This document shows, in pieces, positions 44,642 to 57,218 of a stretch of DNA of 64,000 nt (position 1 is the first letter of the stretch; every line of letters starts with the position of its first letter). A program made the position numbers and the translations under genes. Source of the DNA: a virus (taxonomy: Duplodnaviria; Caudoviricetes); IMG/VR virus record IMGVR_UViG_3300005546_000001, positions 32,001 through 96,000 of that record; one strand, 5' to 3'. The notes under the pieces are model-generated. The model was not told where the DNA came from and searched no databases. It saw only the letters and a list, made by a program, of their open reading frames with translations.

Positions 44642-45891
44642 CATTCCTTCACCCCACACGCCTTCAAGAATTTACTTCTATCAAACAAAGAATTTGTTTC
44701 TTTTAGCTTGTCCGCAAATCGCTTTGCCATGCAACAAATATAGCAGCGCCCGTCGCCCGCTACTGACGGCAACTCATGATGTGAGTTTAGTAAAACTTCT
44801 GCAATCAATTCAAAATCTTTCCTAGTCATATTCCTCCCACTGCCACCAAAATTCTACAAAATATTCTGGATTCTCTTCGTCTTCCACCGCCGGTTCATCG
44901 CGATCTTCCCAATCTTTTGGATCGCATGCGTAGTTCATTTTTCACCTACTAATTTAGTCGCCGAATCTTGAGTATTTCGTCGAGCCCTTTGTCAAAAGTC
45001 CCCCAAACTTTGATGGCAAACGCAGCCTCTCTTCTGCGCCGAAATGCAAGAATTGCATTGTGATCACCATCTATCCATTTTTTAATTTCAGTGTCCCAAA
45101 TCCCCCAGAGTTTCATGCTTCCTCCGTATCAAGTAAAATCTCAGATCGTAACCTAATAAATTCATCCGGTAAAGGAATTGGCGCGCCTCCATTGCTCATC
45201 ATCTGATAATTTATGTGCATTTTATCCATCACTGGCGTTCCCAAATTAAACAGAATTGCAAAACACATGTTCGGGCAGAGTTTTGTTGGAACATAAAAAT
45301 ATCCGTCAAAAATATCTGCGAGGATAAAATCGGCTTTGCAATACGGACAGCGCCCGTTACGAATTCTGTGCCGCTGTCTGAATTTCCTGAATAACATTTG
45401 CTAGCTTTCTCACTGATTCCAACTTCCTTGCTTCTCTTTCGTCCCAAGCATTCAAGCATGTTTCGGAACAAAAATCTTCCATCCATGCACATTTTTTGCA
45501 GAATGCATCGCCACAATAATTACACTCATTAAGTTTTTTTGAGAATCTGATAGTCATTCAGTCTCCCCGTCTGGCATATTAAAAGCACATTTATCAGAAC
45601 AAAAATCTGGATAATTAGAACAGTTCGTGCAGAACGGTTCTTCGCAATTCCCACAAATTTCAATACATTTTGAATCTTTCATTAAAACTTCCTTGGATTA
45701 TTTGAGGAAATCCATCTATAGCTTGTCCCTTCCGTTGGTTGCGGCCTTAAATGTTCATGAAGTTCTTTACTTTCATGTCCACACCATTTACAACGAATCC
45801 CTCTATACATATCATCCGAAAAGTTTTCATAGTTTTCAGAGCCACACTTAGAACACTCGACTTTCTGTTTCAAATTAATATACATTTTTTC

Positions 45892-47016
45892 CTAAATCCT
45901 CGCGGGACTGACGACGAATCGGCAGTCAAATAAATCGTCCACATGTTCAAAAATCACCCTGCTCATTTCTTCAGCCCCATACCAAATTCTAACTTTTTTA
46001 CTTTTGCCCACGCCAGCCGCGAAATAGTCACTCTTAAAGCCCTGAGTCAGTTCGTTACTCCCTGCCCCACCTTCAGAATCTATCTTCGTAACTACCGAAC
46101 CGTCTTCAGTGCCCGCGATTTTTATCCCGTCTCTTAAAAAGGACACCGCAATGTAGCCGTGAGAATCATCTGACTTCGTACCAGCGCTAGTTAGTTTCAA
46201 AGCACTCAACAATTCTCCAGAATCTACCTCTATAAACGACATTCCATTATTTTTAAACAGCGCTGAAACATTTGGCGGGCCTTCTATCGCCGCCGGACAT
46301 GAATATCTGATTCCTTGCGTCGTTCCGATACTTAGTTTGTTTTCGGAAATCCCGAGATAAATTGTTTCTTCCACATTTGAGAGAACTTTTTCAAATGAAT
46401 CAAGAAAAATTACCGGAATCAGCGCGTCTGCTTTGTTTATAATCGCTTCGTTTTTATGAGAAGCTCCGGCTATTTTATGATTTGACGCGGCTACGGCCCA
46501 CACCTGCCCCGGCCTGAAAATCAATCGGATACTTTGAAACATCCCCGCTCCACCATCTACCAGCGCCTTGCGAACTCGCTGCAAAAGTGCCCGGAGAGCT
46601 GCGACTTCCAACGGAATTTCAAGTGGCGGCGCTGACCACGCTGGCGGCAAAGTTTCGATGTGGCGCACGGGCCACCGCGCTACTAAATTAGTTCCTGAAA
46701 TCCTGACGCCCGCACCCCCAGAGTCAGTCAGATAACTTGATATTGTAAGAATTTCTGATGAAGAATTTTGACACGTTGTAATAAATTTGGAAAGTGGTAG
46801 AAAAGTATCGCCATGCTCAAGAACTTCCGCTTCCAAATCTATTTCGAGTACTTCATGTCCGTTAAATATTCTGAAGGAAGCTGTATCATCCTGAGCGTGG
46901 AGAACGATGAATTCTGAAGCGGCCTTGTCCTGCGCGTTTTTACTAGTCGTTCGCGCAACTGAAGAAATTAATGACAGAACTTCCTGAAGAATGTCACGTT
47001 GGATTTTTATTTGCAT
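45892..47016 (-). CDS. dnaN: DNA polymerase III beta sliding clamp-like protein
   Basis: 374 aa; MQIKIQRD.L...L, EAEV...G...LP, C-terminal VVSPARI. Confidence 0.75.
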   Translation of the reverse strand: MQIKIQRDILQEVLSLISSVARTTSKNAQDKAASEFIVLHAQDDTASFRIFNGHEVLEIDLEAEVLEHGDTFLPLSKFITTCQNSSSEILTISSYLTDSGGAGVRISGTNLVARWPVRHIETLPPAWSAPPLEIPLEVAALRALLQRVRKALVDGGAGMFQSIRLIFRPGQVWAVAASNHKIAGASHKNEAIINKADALIPVIFLDSFEKVLSNVEETIYLGISENKLSIGTTQGIRYSCPAAIEGPPNVSALFKNNGMSFIEVDSGELLSALKLTSAGTKSDDSHGYIAVSFLRDGIKIAGTEDGSVVTKIDSEGGAGSNELTQGFKSDYFAAGVGKSKKVRIWYGAEEMSRVIFEHVDDLFDCRFVVSPARI

Positions 47017-47622
47017 TTATGACCACTGCTCCGCCATTGCATTTGCAATTCCTTGAAAGGTTTTGCTGCGCACCTTTTCTCTCTCTGCTGGCGGTAGAGA
47101 TGCTGCTTCGACATACCAACGTGCCATGCGTTTTCCACTTTTAAACATTGTATATTCTGGCTCAACTAATTTAGTTGGTACTAGTGGTGTAAGATTTTTC
47201 AACCATAAGCAAGTTTTCTTGGCTTCTGTGTGCCCAAATTGAAATGGCTGAATAATTTGATTTGGTTTTCTCCATCTTGTACTCATTATTCCAACAGGAT
47301 TTTCTATACAAATTTTATCTATATTTGCATTTACAAGACTCATAAAGAATTTAACCGCATCTTCTCTATCTTGCACCCTTGTTGGAAATCTATCTTTATA
47401 TTCAGGCTTAAACCATTTATTTCCTGTAGTTGTAAGATATGTACAAGGTGGGTGTGCAACCATCAAATCCCACTTTTGTTTTAGCATTTCTGAAATATAA
47501 CCCTCAAAATGCTGGCCGGGAATTTCCGTTGGCAGTAAATCACAACTCCAAGCATCATGCCCTCTTGCTTTAAAAGCTTCTCTAACTATTCCGCTGAATT
47601 CACACGCAATTAGTACACGCAT
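47017..47622 (-). CDS. DNA cytosine methyltransferase-like protein
   Basis: VLIACEFSG, AHPPCTYL, IENP, RSKTF.GIA. Confidence 0.8.
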   Translation of the reverse strand: MRVLIACEFSGIVREAFKARGHDAWSCDLLPTEIPGQHFEGYISEMLKQKWDLMVAHPPCTYLTTTGNKWFKPEYKDRFPTRVQDREDAVKFFMSLVNANIDKICIENPVGIMSTRWRKPNQIIQPFQFGHTEAKKTCLWLKNLTPLVPTKLVEPEYTMFKSGKRMARWYVEAASLPPAEREKVRSKTFQGIANAMAEQWS

Positions 47623-47727
47623 TTTATTATATTCTTCGCTTTATAAATCCACCAACAAATCCAATTGTAACTCCAAATAAAAATCCGCTAATCCAAACAT
47701 AAACAACTCCGGCAATGAGATTAAAAT

Positions 47728-48732
47728 TCATTTCATTATTTCCTTCCACGGACTCACTACTATTTTAGTAGCCCCCGCCAGTAAAAAATCGTCAAGTCCT
47801 TTTCCAATCTCGGCATCCCACGTAGCCACGGAGACTGTACAGCCCGAGCGCGCCTGGATAGCATCGTACTGTCTTTGCATTGCATTTCTAACAAATTTAT
47901 TTGTCTGCCAGTCCATATCATAAGCAAAAACTAGAGAATCAAAATTCAAACTAGCGTTGGCAATTTCCTGCATCGCTGCATCTGTCCCGGCTTTTCCTAG
48001 AATCGGCAGGCCAGTTAACATCCCCACCAAATCAGATTTTAACATCCCCTCAACTATATATGCAACTCTCCCCTTACCCGGAACCCAGTGTACCGGACAT
48101 CCACTGCTTGCACCGGAATCCATGAGTTCTTTTTTCCCGTCCGGAAGAATTTTAAGATACGAACTAAACCACTTGTATTTAGTAGTTTCCGAATACGTGC
48201 GCATTTGGAGCGCTCGAATTCTTCCTTGTATATCTCTGACGGGGATGAGAAATCCCGGTCGAATATTTGCCTTCCAATTCGATTGCTCCCTAAAAAATCC
48301 AGGAACGCGGTCGAGTATAAAACCTTCTCCAGAAAGTCTTTCGGCAACGTCGTCAGTTGTTCTGTAGTTAAGCTGGGCAATTTGTTTCTCCGAAAGTCCA
48401 CGAGAAAAAAGTGATTCCTTTTCTCTGTCTTCTAGTGTGAGCATTTCTAACATCCGGTTATATACGGCGTGGCGCCTGTGAATGCTCGCAGGAAGCGGTC
48501 GCTGTGGGGTGGCGTTTGCTGGCGTTTCCAGACCGTTTGCGAGGCTTTTATGAATGAACCGACCATCAGATGCCACCCGGTTACTCTGGCTTCTTAAACA
48601 AATAGAGATTCGTCGCCCGTTCCTTATAATGTAAGTGCAGCCTCTATTTGAGTTACAAGCCCAGCATCTGTCTGCGTAGTTAACCCTTTGGAAGCCACGG
48701 CTAAAATAGTTGCTCATGGATAAACTTACCAA
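47728..48732 (-). CDS. Primase-like TOPRIM protein (DUF3854-like) with N-terminal Zn finger
   Basis: CWAC..C..C, VEGMLK, AYDMD, KGLDD. Confidence 0.75.
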   Translation of the reverse strand: MVSLSMSNYFSRGFQRVNYADRCWACNSNRGCTYIIRNGRRISICLRSQSNRVASDGRFIHKSLANGLETPANATPQRPLPASIHRRHAVYNRMLEMLTLEDREKESLFSRGLSEKQIAQLNYRTTDDVAERLSGEGFILDRVPGFFREQSNWKANIRPGFLIPVRDIQGRIRALQMRTYSETTKYKWFSSYLKILPDGKKELMDSGASSGCPVHWVPGKGRVAYIVEGMLKSDLVGMLTGLPILGKAGTDAAMQEIANASLNFDSLVFAYDMDWQTNKFVRNAMQRQYDAIQARSGCTVSVATWDAEIGKGLDDFLLAGATKIVVSPWKEIMK

Positions 48733-50338
48733 GTTGTATCAACCCTGTCTACCTCCCTCAAAAGATATCTAATTGCTTTCGCCGCTTCTAGCGCCAATTC
48801 ATTTCCCGGTGACATGTCTAAACTTGTTCCCCCAGCTTCATCAAGCCTGTTTAATAGTTTTTTTATTTCTGTATACATTTTAACCTCCGTTTTTCACGTA
48901 TTCCTCGTATTCAGCATCTCCCTGTCTTACATCATCCCACATTTCATTTTCGGATTTTTTATAAAACTCGCAAGTTGCTGCGATAATGGATTTTACCCAC
49001 TCTGCTACATGCTCTGGTCCATCAAGTCCTGACAGCCCGCCAAGCAAAACCTCGTATGGCTGCCGTTCTAGAACTAAACATTCTTCACAGAATGCACAAC
49101 TAATTGCACCAAGCGATGAACAGCAAACCCCTAATGCTGGTTCTCCACAAACTTCACATTTTAAATCGTTCATTCTTCCTCCTCTAGATACGGAAGTACA
49201 TGTTGTGGGAGAACATGACACTCACAACCACACCGGGCTGTCTTTCCGTCACCATCGACTGTTTCATAAGCGCATTCAGCGCAGCGCCAGTCTCCATGCA
49301 TACACGGCTCGAACATTCGCCAGCGAAGTACCGGAGTTAGATTTTCTATTCTTTCGTCTAAGACTGTCATTTCTTCCCCCTTTTTGTCTTCGGTTTTTCT
49401 GGTGGTTCGGCGCGATATAGCGCCAGAATCCCAGCAATCTGCTCCAGCGCTTTACTACCCACCGCATCACTCTCAATTCTAAACCCTGACTTATCTTTCC
49501 ACAAGAACAAAAATATTTCAAGACTTTTATCTGGTTTGAGTAGTTTGCCTACTCCCACAGCTAGTGAGTTTAGAAGTTCTTCATCGCTTGAAAAACCCAA
49601 AGAAATCTTTTTCCCCTGAAACGCAACAAAGGGTTTTTCTTTTTCAAATATTATTTCGGAGTCTTCAAGAGCAAACAAAATCAATGATACCCCGGAAAAT
49701 ATACTCAGGGATTCATACGGTTTTTGAATTAGGATGTTGCCCACTTGCTATGTCCTTTAAAACTGACATTAACTCTTGGTGGCGGCGTTCCTCATCTCGG
49801 CATGTATTACAAATTTCGCCCATCATTGAGTCTATCATCTCTCTACATTTCCAACAGCGGAATCCAATTATTTCCCCGCGCCAGTTTTTAATTGAGTTGT
49901 TCATTTCTACTCCGATTTCGCAAGCTGTTTGATTACAAAGTAAGCTATTATGCTGGATATCAGAGCAAACGGTCCTGTTATACTAAACATTGTGGTGATT
50001 ACTCGATCTTGGGTGCCCCATTCTGTAGGCACTTTGTAAGTAACCGCCTTCTTTATCATCCAATACGCCAACACCCAGCATAGTAACCAGCTTAGAACTA
50101 AAATAGTTATCAGCATTATTTGTACTCCGGTGGATACAAGATTTTTCCTCTGTATTTACTTGGAGATTCTGGCGCGTCAATGAACAGGCACCACTTTCCG
50201 GCAATACACGAATTTTTACTGTGCGGTTGTTCTGTCCACTGGTCACAATGAATGCAGCCAAAAGTATCACATGCTTCAAAAAGAGATGGCAGTTGCCCGC
50301 ATCGATTACAGTTTGCTCTGTTCATTACTCTGCTCATT

Positions 50339-51826
50339 TCATCTCCTTTGTGCAACTGCCGCAGTGGTCCTTACTTCACCCAGTTCTTCAGCAGCGCCGT
50401 TCTCCCGCTCTGTTAATCGGAGTTTGGAGCCTCTAAACACGAGATTGATTCTGTCCTCGATCTCGCCTGCCCGTGCCTTTAAAATTGACACCCATCCAAA
50501 TCTTATCGGAGATTTGTAAATTTTTCCGTTACAATCTCGGCAACGAACATACTCATTTGTTGGATGTTTTGGTTTGTTTTTATTGTTTTGTTTATACAGC
50601 GCCATTTCTTCTGGCGGACAGTCGCATAAGAATTCTGCCTTGCGCATTCGCATCGCGAGGATGATTGAGCCGTCAGATTCAAAAGCTGACGTGCCAGCCA
50701 TCTCGCTCCCGCTGAGTTCTTCTTCTCTGAATGCAGCGCCCATTCCAGCCTTGTTCATTTTAGACAACAGAACAATCAAGATTTTGTACTTCAACGCCAG
50801 CAATCTAAACCCACGGCTAATTGCTTCCAGTTCGTTTACTCGGTTGTTTCCGTCCCCTCGGCTAACCAACTGCGCCTGATCTACAACTACAATTTTTACC
50901 CCATCATTTTCTACTCTGCGAATAATATCTTCCTGAATTTCAAAAAGAGAAAACTTTTTATCTGAGACGAAAATCGGCAGAGTTTTTATGTGGTCCTTGA
51001 TTCTGTGGATTTCTTTTAGCTCGGGCTCCGTAAATGCTGGTTCACCGTATTCAAGGGAACCTCTAAATTTGTTTGCATTTGAAATTATGTCGTCCTTATT
51101 AAACTGCATAACCGCACGTTCAAACCATTCTTCAGCGCTCATTTCGAGAACATAAGCCGCTCCCGGTATACCATCTTCTACCGCATTAGCAAGAAGAATA
51201 TCTTCCGCTAATAATGATTTTAATGACCCAGGTGCCCCAGTTATCATCACAAACTCACCCGGATGCATTTTCATGAGCATTCGATCCACAGTCGGTAAAG
51301 AAGTCGTGTATCCAACAACTCTACCAGCCTGAAGTTCGGCGAGTTTTTCATCGTGTTTCAGAGCTATTTCGCTGAACGGTTTTGAAGGCTCTGATCCTGG
51401 CGCTGCTATCGAAAAAATCTGTCCAGTTATCGTAGCCGCTGATTCAGAACTTCGGGTTTCTCCGGCGTCCAAGAGTTCGGCCTGTTCTTTATACAGCGCG
51501 GACAGCCTACGTCGTGCGGCTAGCTCGCCACAAAGTCGCGCAGCCGCCTCGCCGTCTACATGCTCTAGTTCAAAACAATGCTCTAAAAATGACAGCGAGT
51601 CTGGTCCAAGTTTTTCATTTAGCCGTAGAACGTCAACAACATGAGCGATGGAAACTTCCGTATCACTTTGGATTAGTTGTTCGATTGCCCACAATGCATC
51701 GCGGTTCGTCTCGTCGCTGAGATCGTCTGGCCTACATAGCGACAGGACTTTTCTGGCTTGACCTTTAAGAGCCCCCGCGAGGCATTCAAATTCACTACGC
51801 AACGAAATTAATAAACTGTCTGACAA
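50339..51826 (-). CDS. dnaB: Replicative DNA helicase, DnaB-like
   Basis: GAPGSLKS, LEMS, VVVDQ.QL, LKARAG. Confidence 0.85.
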   Translation of the reverse strand: MSDSLLISLRSEFECLAGALKGQARKVLSLCRPDDLSDETNRDALWAIEQLIQSDTEVSIAHVVDVLRLNEKLGPDSLSFLEHCFELEHVDGEAAARLCGELAARRRLSALYKEQAELLDAGETRSSESAATITGQIFSIAAPGSEPSKPFSEIALKHDEKLAELQAGRVVGYTTSLPTVDRMLMKMHPGEFVMITGAPGSLKSLLAEDILLANAVEDGIPGAAYVLEMSAEEWFERAVMQFNKDDIISNANKFRGSLEYGEPAFTEPELKEIHRIKDHIKTLPIFVSDKKFSLFEIQEDIIRRVENDGVKIVVVDQAQLVSRGDGNNRVNELEAISRGFRLLALKYKILIVLLSKMNKAGMGAAFREEELSGSEMAGTSAFESDGSIILAMRMRKAEFLCDCPPEEMALYKQNNKNKPKHPTNEYVRCRDCNGKIYKSPIRFGWVSILKARAGEIEDRINLVFRGSKLRLTERENGAAEELGEVRTTAAVAQRR

Positions 51827-53264
51827 TAATCACCTATCCTATTTCAATATCTTCAAGTTCTAGTTCATGTTCAAATTTATCTTTTGCTTCTAGGAACTCC
51901 ATAGCTGCAATACGCAGCGTTTCACAATTTTTTATGCCAGATGCGTAAATTGCAAACTCCTCAAAATCGTATGGAGCCCCACTGAAATTTTCTCTAAATT
52001 CTTCCACGGTATTGATTTTCATTTTATCTCTCCATCGCCATCAACTGGTATTCCCTGAGATTTTCCTGCGACGTGTAATTTCGTCTCGGCTTGAACTCCG
52101 CCTTATATATTTCGTATCTGTGCCAGTAATCTATCAGAAAACTCAGCGCCAATTCCGGTCGCACATCAATTACCCAATCATCACAATGCTTGCTGGTAAA
52201 AAACCAGTGCAGTCCGTCCAGTGTTTCTTCCGTACTCCCAGCGCGAGTTATAAGCTCCCTAACTCCTGTAGCAGTCTCTGGCGCAACGCTCGACCATCTC
52301 CTGTACTCACAGTACTTTTGGAGTACCGTCCGCAATCCTTCTGAAAACTCTACTAATTTAGTCATCTATCTCCAAAATCTTCTAGTATTTCAAAATCATC
52401 GTCACAGTTGTCATTCTCACACCACTCATGAACAAATTTATTATCTTGTAGTTTAATGATATCTCCGGGAATTATCCAAACCGAGCAATTTATACAGCGA
52501 CTTCTAAAGTGAGCGACCCTAGCATTTTTTGATATTGGTGGGCGCACTATTTTAGTCATCTTTCTGTTTACTCTTCCAATTAAGAACTATCAAAACATTT
52601 TGGTACATTGCATCATAAAACTTTTCTCCGTGGAGCAATGCATGAAGCTGCTTCCCAGAACAATATTCAACGAGTTCTTGGATAGACCAGTTCTCAAATG
52701 GTTCTACTTTAGGTTTTTTAGTCCTTGCCATTCAATGTCTCCTGTATTTGCAGTCTAGTTTTACCGTATCCTATTTTAGCAACTGTTTTGATTACAATTA
52801 AACACCATTTAGGAAAAATTCTGTACTGGTTGCCTCCATATGCTAAATCTGAACCAAAGCACCAATCTGTATCCCCACCAAAATAATCGACTTCCGGATT
52901 TAGTTCTTTAACAGCTTCGTCGAGCGGATCGCCAACAACTCGCTTCTTCGGCGCTGTTGCAAGCCACGATTTGAATTGCTTTTCAGAAATTGGAAATGGT
53001 GTCATAAAGAACTCACTTGTTTATAAACTGTAACAAGTTCTTGAACTGGTACAACTTCCGGGCATTCTATTTCTTCTCGCCATCCCCAAGGGTCACAATC
53101 TTGATTTTCTGTTGCCGGTGCGTCGTAGTTTGTGTGGTACAGTTTTCCGTCATGCTCAAAAACAAGTGAGTGTGTGACACTCCAGCGCCTATGGCCGATT
53201 ATTTTGTCTTCGACCATTCCACCACTTTTGTACATCTTGTCTTCGAGTTGCTCTGGTGTGAACT

Positions 53265-53711
53265 TCATTTCTGCTCCTTTGAATTTCTATCATACAAAAC
53301 AACGGCCACACAAGTAGCAAGATTCATACACTCCCCGCTTGGAATTTGGGCGCGATGTTTTGCCTTTTCTTGTATCCATTTAGGAACTGAACCATCTTCG
53401 GGGCCGAAAATATACACTGGATTTTTTGGGTGTTGGAGACTGTAGAGAGCTGGCGCCCAGTCCAGCTTTTCAACAATTACCGCGCTTTCCCAATCAATAG
53501 AAGGAAGACTCTCCACGTCTAACATTGTAACGTGGTCGTAAACTTTCATTCTAAATGGGCGCGGCCTGCGGTTCCCTTTCTCTCCAGTAGCCGGAGTAAA
53601 TCGTTTTCCAACAGTAACTACAGACTCAGCACCAAGACAAGCTGCTGCTCTTTTTGTATTAGCAACGTTTACTTCATGCTTCGGACTAATCAGAACGATT
53701 GTTGCTGACAT
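53265..53711 (-). CDS. SpoU/TrmH-family RNA methyltransferase
   Basis: PK..VNV, IFGPEDG, MNLA....VVLYDR. Confidence 0.85.
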   Translation of the reverse strand: MSATIVLISPKHEVNVANTKRAAACLGAESVVTVGKRFTPATGEKGNRRPRPFRMKVYDHVTMLDVESLPSIDWESAVIVEKLDWAPALYSLQHPKNPVYIFGPEDGSVPKWIQEKAKHRAQIPSGECMNLATCVAVVLYDRNSKEQK

Positions 53712-54345
53712 TTTTCACCTCAGAGAGTTTTCTTCACTCCGCATACCGTACAACGAGCGGAGGTTATTTTTGCGGCAAGTTCTTTCTTAAGAGTCCCTTC
53801 TCTCATTGTTGAGTTATGAACTCGAATTCCCTTGCCATACTTCGCGTCTTGATATGCGCTCTCGCACGTACATGGAATTTTTACTGTGTTCTCCATTTTA
53901 TTCTCCTTTACTAATTTGATACAAAGCAACTTTTGTGTATTAATACACAACGTGGAACGATTATTTTAGTTTTATCGTAAGTATTGAAATGCCTTTGTCC
54001 GTCCTTACTTAGCTTGACGACCATCGCAAAGATTTTTCCTACCGAAGAATTAAACCGAATATAGTCCGGTCCAGCATACTGCTCTGTAACAGTCAGCTTA
54101 TCAAGTGGACCGCCTATTGCAATAAATGTTTGAACTTTCATTGTAGTTTATTTGGTTGGTTTTTACAAGAACATTCGTGTAAGTATGCGCCTTTGGCGGG
54201 CTACTATTTGAGCGGTTCTGAGTCATCTCTTTGATATGAAATGAGTTCGGCGTTATCTTCTTCATATCCATTCTCCACCACGCCGAGTTTGGTAAGTTTT
54301 TCCACCGCTTGCTTTTTTGTATTTGCAGAAATATCAACCCAAAAT

Positions 54346-55326
54346 TTAATCGGAAATCTGTAAATCGCCATCTTCTTCTCCTTCTTCGTAAATGACTTCA
54401 AATCCTTCTCGCTTCAACTGAAAACAGAAGGGGCGTGCAGCACAGTACGCGAGACATCTGTAAGCAACCCCCGGCCTGCTTGACAATTCAAACTCTGGCC
54501 CCATTTCTTCCAAGTACGCACGAGCTTCTGCTTCTGTTTTGAAATTCGAGCGATTCCCCTTGGCGCGGACTGCTCCCGTCTTCCGTACCCGCCACGTATC
54601 TCGGCGCCAGCGCTCTTCTGGAGTACACTCGAAAAGTTCTTCATCTGAAAGATTTTCTGCTGCTTTGTGAAGTGCGACTCTTTCTTTTAGATACTTTTCT
54701 ACTTCTTCATCTGGCCACAAAGGAATCTCAATGATAGCACAGCCCCAGTCCGGATAATCTTTCGTTCGTTTACAAACTATTTTAGTTCCGTCTTCAGTGC
54801 TGACTTTGTACTTTCCGTTTATCCCAGCAAACGACCAGTCTCTAAAAATCGCGCAGATTCTCGCGCTGGAGACTTCATAGCCGTGTTGCCTGAGCAAGTG
54901 CGCGTAACAATTAAGTTGCTGATGCCATTCAAGTTTTTCAAACTTTATTGCTGAAGTCTTCGTGTGCTTCCAGTCTGTCAAAATATGATTTTTGCTGTCG
55001 TATGTAGTATGAAGATCGATCTGTCCGCTGATTTTTACACCTTCAATCGTAGTGAACAGTCGTTCTTCGATCATCTCAGATTCATCGGGATTTAAATTTC
55101 CGACTCTTTCTAAGAGATCGTGAACAGCAGAACCGAGCACACTGTAAATATTTTCACGAGGATCTTTTGTAATTTCTGAATCATGACGCCGAGTTAGCTG
55201 CGTGACCTGAACTGGCTTGATGAGATCAGTTATGCTAAAAGCAGATTCGCCGCGCGAATACGCTGAGAATTTAAGAATCTTTGCTAGCGGTCTGGGAAAT
55301 TCTGAAGGTAGCTCCGTGTAGTTCAT
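54346..55326 (-). CDS. PD-(D/E)XK (Cas4/RecB-like) exonuclease
   Basis: GSAVH, SGQID, TDWK, QLNCY, C-terminal C...C..FC. Confidence 0.8.
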   Translation of the reverse strand: MNYTELPSEFPRPLAKILKFSAYSRGESAFSITDLIKPVQVTQLTRRHDSEITKDPRENIYSVLGSAVHDLLERVGNLNPDESEMIEERLFTTIEGVKISGQIDLHTTYDSKNHILTDWKHTKTSAIKFEKLEWHQQLNCYAHLLRQHGYEVSSARICAIFRDWSFAGINGKYKVSTEDGTKIVCKRTKDYPDWGCAIIEIPLWPDEEVEKYLKERVALHKAAENLSDEELFECTPEERWRRDTWRVRKTGAVRAKGNRSNFKTEAEARAYLEEMGPEFELSSRPGVAYRCLAYCAARPFCFQLKREGFEVIYEEGEEDGDLQISD

Positions 55327-56338
55327 AGTTTAAAAACCGCCAAAAATATTATCCAAACAATAATTGCAACAGTAATTATGAAAATTGTTGCCATTGCTAG
55401 ATTACTATTTAATATTCTTTTTATCATTTTACCACATCTGATTTACTTTATCTACCATTCGTTTTGCTAAAGTGTAAACGTACTCTGTTGCATCGCTGTC
55501 TCCCGCGAATAATTCACAAGCGTCACAGCGCTGGATTTCCAATCCTGTTCCATCGGAATTCATCAGCAAAAATCCATATCCTTCACATGCTTCACAGTTC
55601 ATTTCTCCCCCAGTGCCTTGCCAATTGCTTCCAATGCCATAATTTTTCCAATTGTTTCATCGTACCCATCCATTCCAAGCATTGCTTTGCACGCTTCCAG
55701 CAACTCAGGCGCGGCTGCGACAACTGCTGCGTTAGCTCTCTGCTCTCCTAAAATATCCTGTTTTCTGTTCTTGTCGATGACAAGTCTCGCTATCTCTCGT
55801 CCCTGCTGCTGTTGAACGTAGTACCTAGACTCACCGATTCGTTCTCCACCCATAATTTGATACGAGTTGAAAATCCACGGCCCCGATGTGTGTCCCATCA
55901 TTCTTCCTCCATTTCTTTCTTACACAACCCACATGTTACATCTTCTTCTACATCAGTACTTTTATCCTTGCTTAAAATCAGCCCACATTTTGTAAGTTCT
56001 TCTGAAATCATGTGGATGTTGTGTAGTTCCGGTTCAAATCTCGCTGTTGATTTTTTAAATCTGTTGTATCTTGTTCCTCTTTTCATTTTCTCTCCTCTGG
56101 ATCTCCGCAGTATCTGCATTCCGTATTCCGTAATGCACCGTGCCATAGCTCTCGATTGAAAACACACATTCCTATTGGGCTTTTTTCACAACCCCAAAAA
56201 GTAGAAACAGAATGATCAAGAAAACAGAAATCTAAAATAAATTTCTTTGCGATCTCATCGATTTCATATTTTAAATAATCGATGTACCGCTGTTTCTGTC
56301 TGATTCTTTCAGCACACATTTTTTGTGTTGGTGTTAAT

Positions 56339-56668
56339 TCAGACATCTCTCTCCTTTATAATAACTCGTTCAGATACAAGGTATGCAAAGATAGCTTCTT
56401 GGTTGTAGTGCTCAAGTGTGATGTCCAAAATTTTGTTGAGTTCTGATTCGGTACAACAGACACGCACCGGAATTACTCTGTCTTCATGCAGAGTACCTTC
56501 CGAGTTCACCCACTGTCCGCGCCCCGGTTTATAAACTGTCAATCCACCCGAAATCCTGCGAATTTTTTCATCCCATCCTTTGTGGTGTCGTGTCCGCGCG
56601 GGGCGTCCGTTCATTTCACACGGAACTAAAATTTCCCAGAGCATTTTACCAAGTAATAGGTGGCCCAT
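56339..56668 (-). CDS. Conserved hypothetical phage protein
   Basis: WEILVP...GGLT....GQW. Confidence 0.55.
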   Translation of the reverse strand: MGHLLLGKMLWEILVPCEMNGRPARTRHHKGWDEKIRRISGGLTVYKPGRGQWVNSEGTLHEDRVIPVRVCCTESELNKILDITLEHYNQEAIFAYLVSERVIIKERDV

Positions 56669-57120
56669 AAACTACTCTTTCTGGATGAACTGTGCAAGGA
56701 TGAATGTGTTCGCCGGGGCGAATTACAATCATAAGTGGTTTTCCACATCTACAGCGCGGATCAGGTCGCTTTGGTCGCCACGGCTCCCCAACTGGACACT
56801 CTGGAACTGGACATCCTTTTTCATGCTCTTCCCAAACATCTTGAACTGTGCGTTTCTTCATTCTTTCTTTCTCCTGTAAACTCCAAATCTCTCGCTCAAT
56901 CCAACACACCGCGTTACTTAAATCCCTTGCTAATTTTTTCTCTGTTTTTGTGGCAGAGATTTTTAAGTAATGTTCCGCTCTGGCTTTCATGCTTTCTAGT
57001 CGAGTTGGATACAAATCAGCATACTCAAACTCTGGACGGTAATCAACTACCAAGTCCAGCTTTCCATTCTCAGCTTGTTTTAGCTTCATTTTCTCTCCAA
57101 GGGGTACTCTGCTATGTTTT

Positions 57121-57218
57121 TTCTTTAAAAGTCTCTCTAACGGGCTGAGAACGTCGTTACGGGGCATTCTACGGGCAAGTTTGCCGGTGAAAATCAGTCC
57201 CCTGAGAACTATTTTAGT
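57121..57218. repeat. Composite ~98 bp element, copy B
   Basis: TTCTTTAAAAGTCTCT, ATTCTACGG at +45, ACTATTTTAGT a further +42. Confidence 0.6.

Noticed and set aside
54346-55326. CRISPR-Cas locus (Cas4)
   Set aside because: No repeat-spacer array or other cas genes; common phage PD-(D/E)XK nuclease
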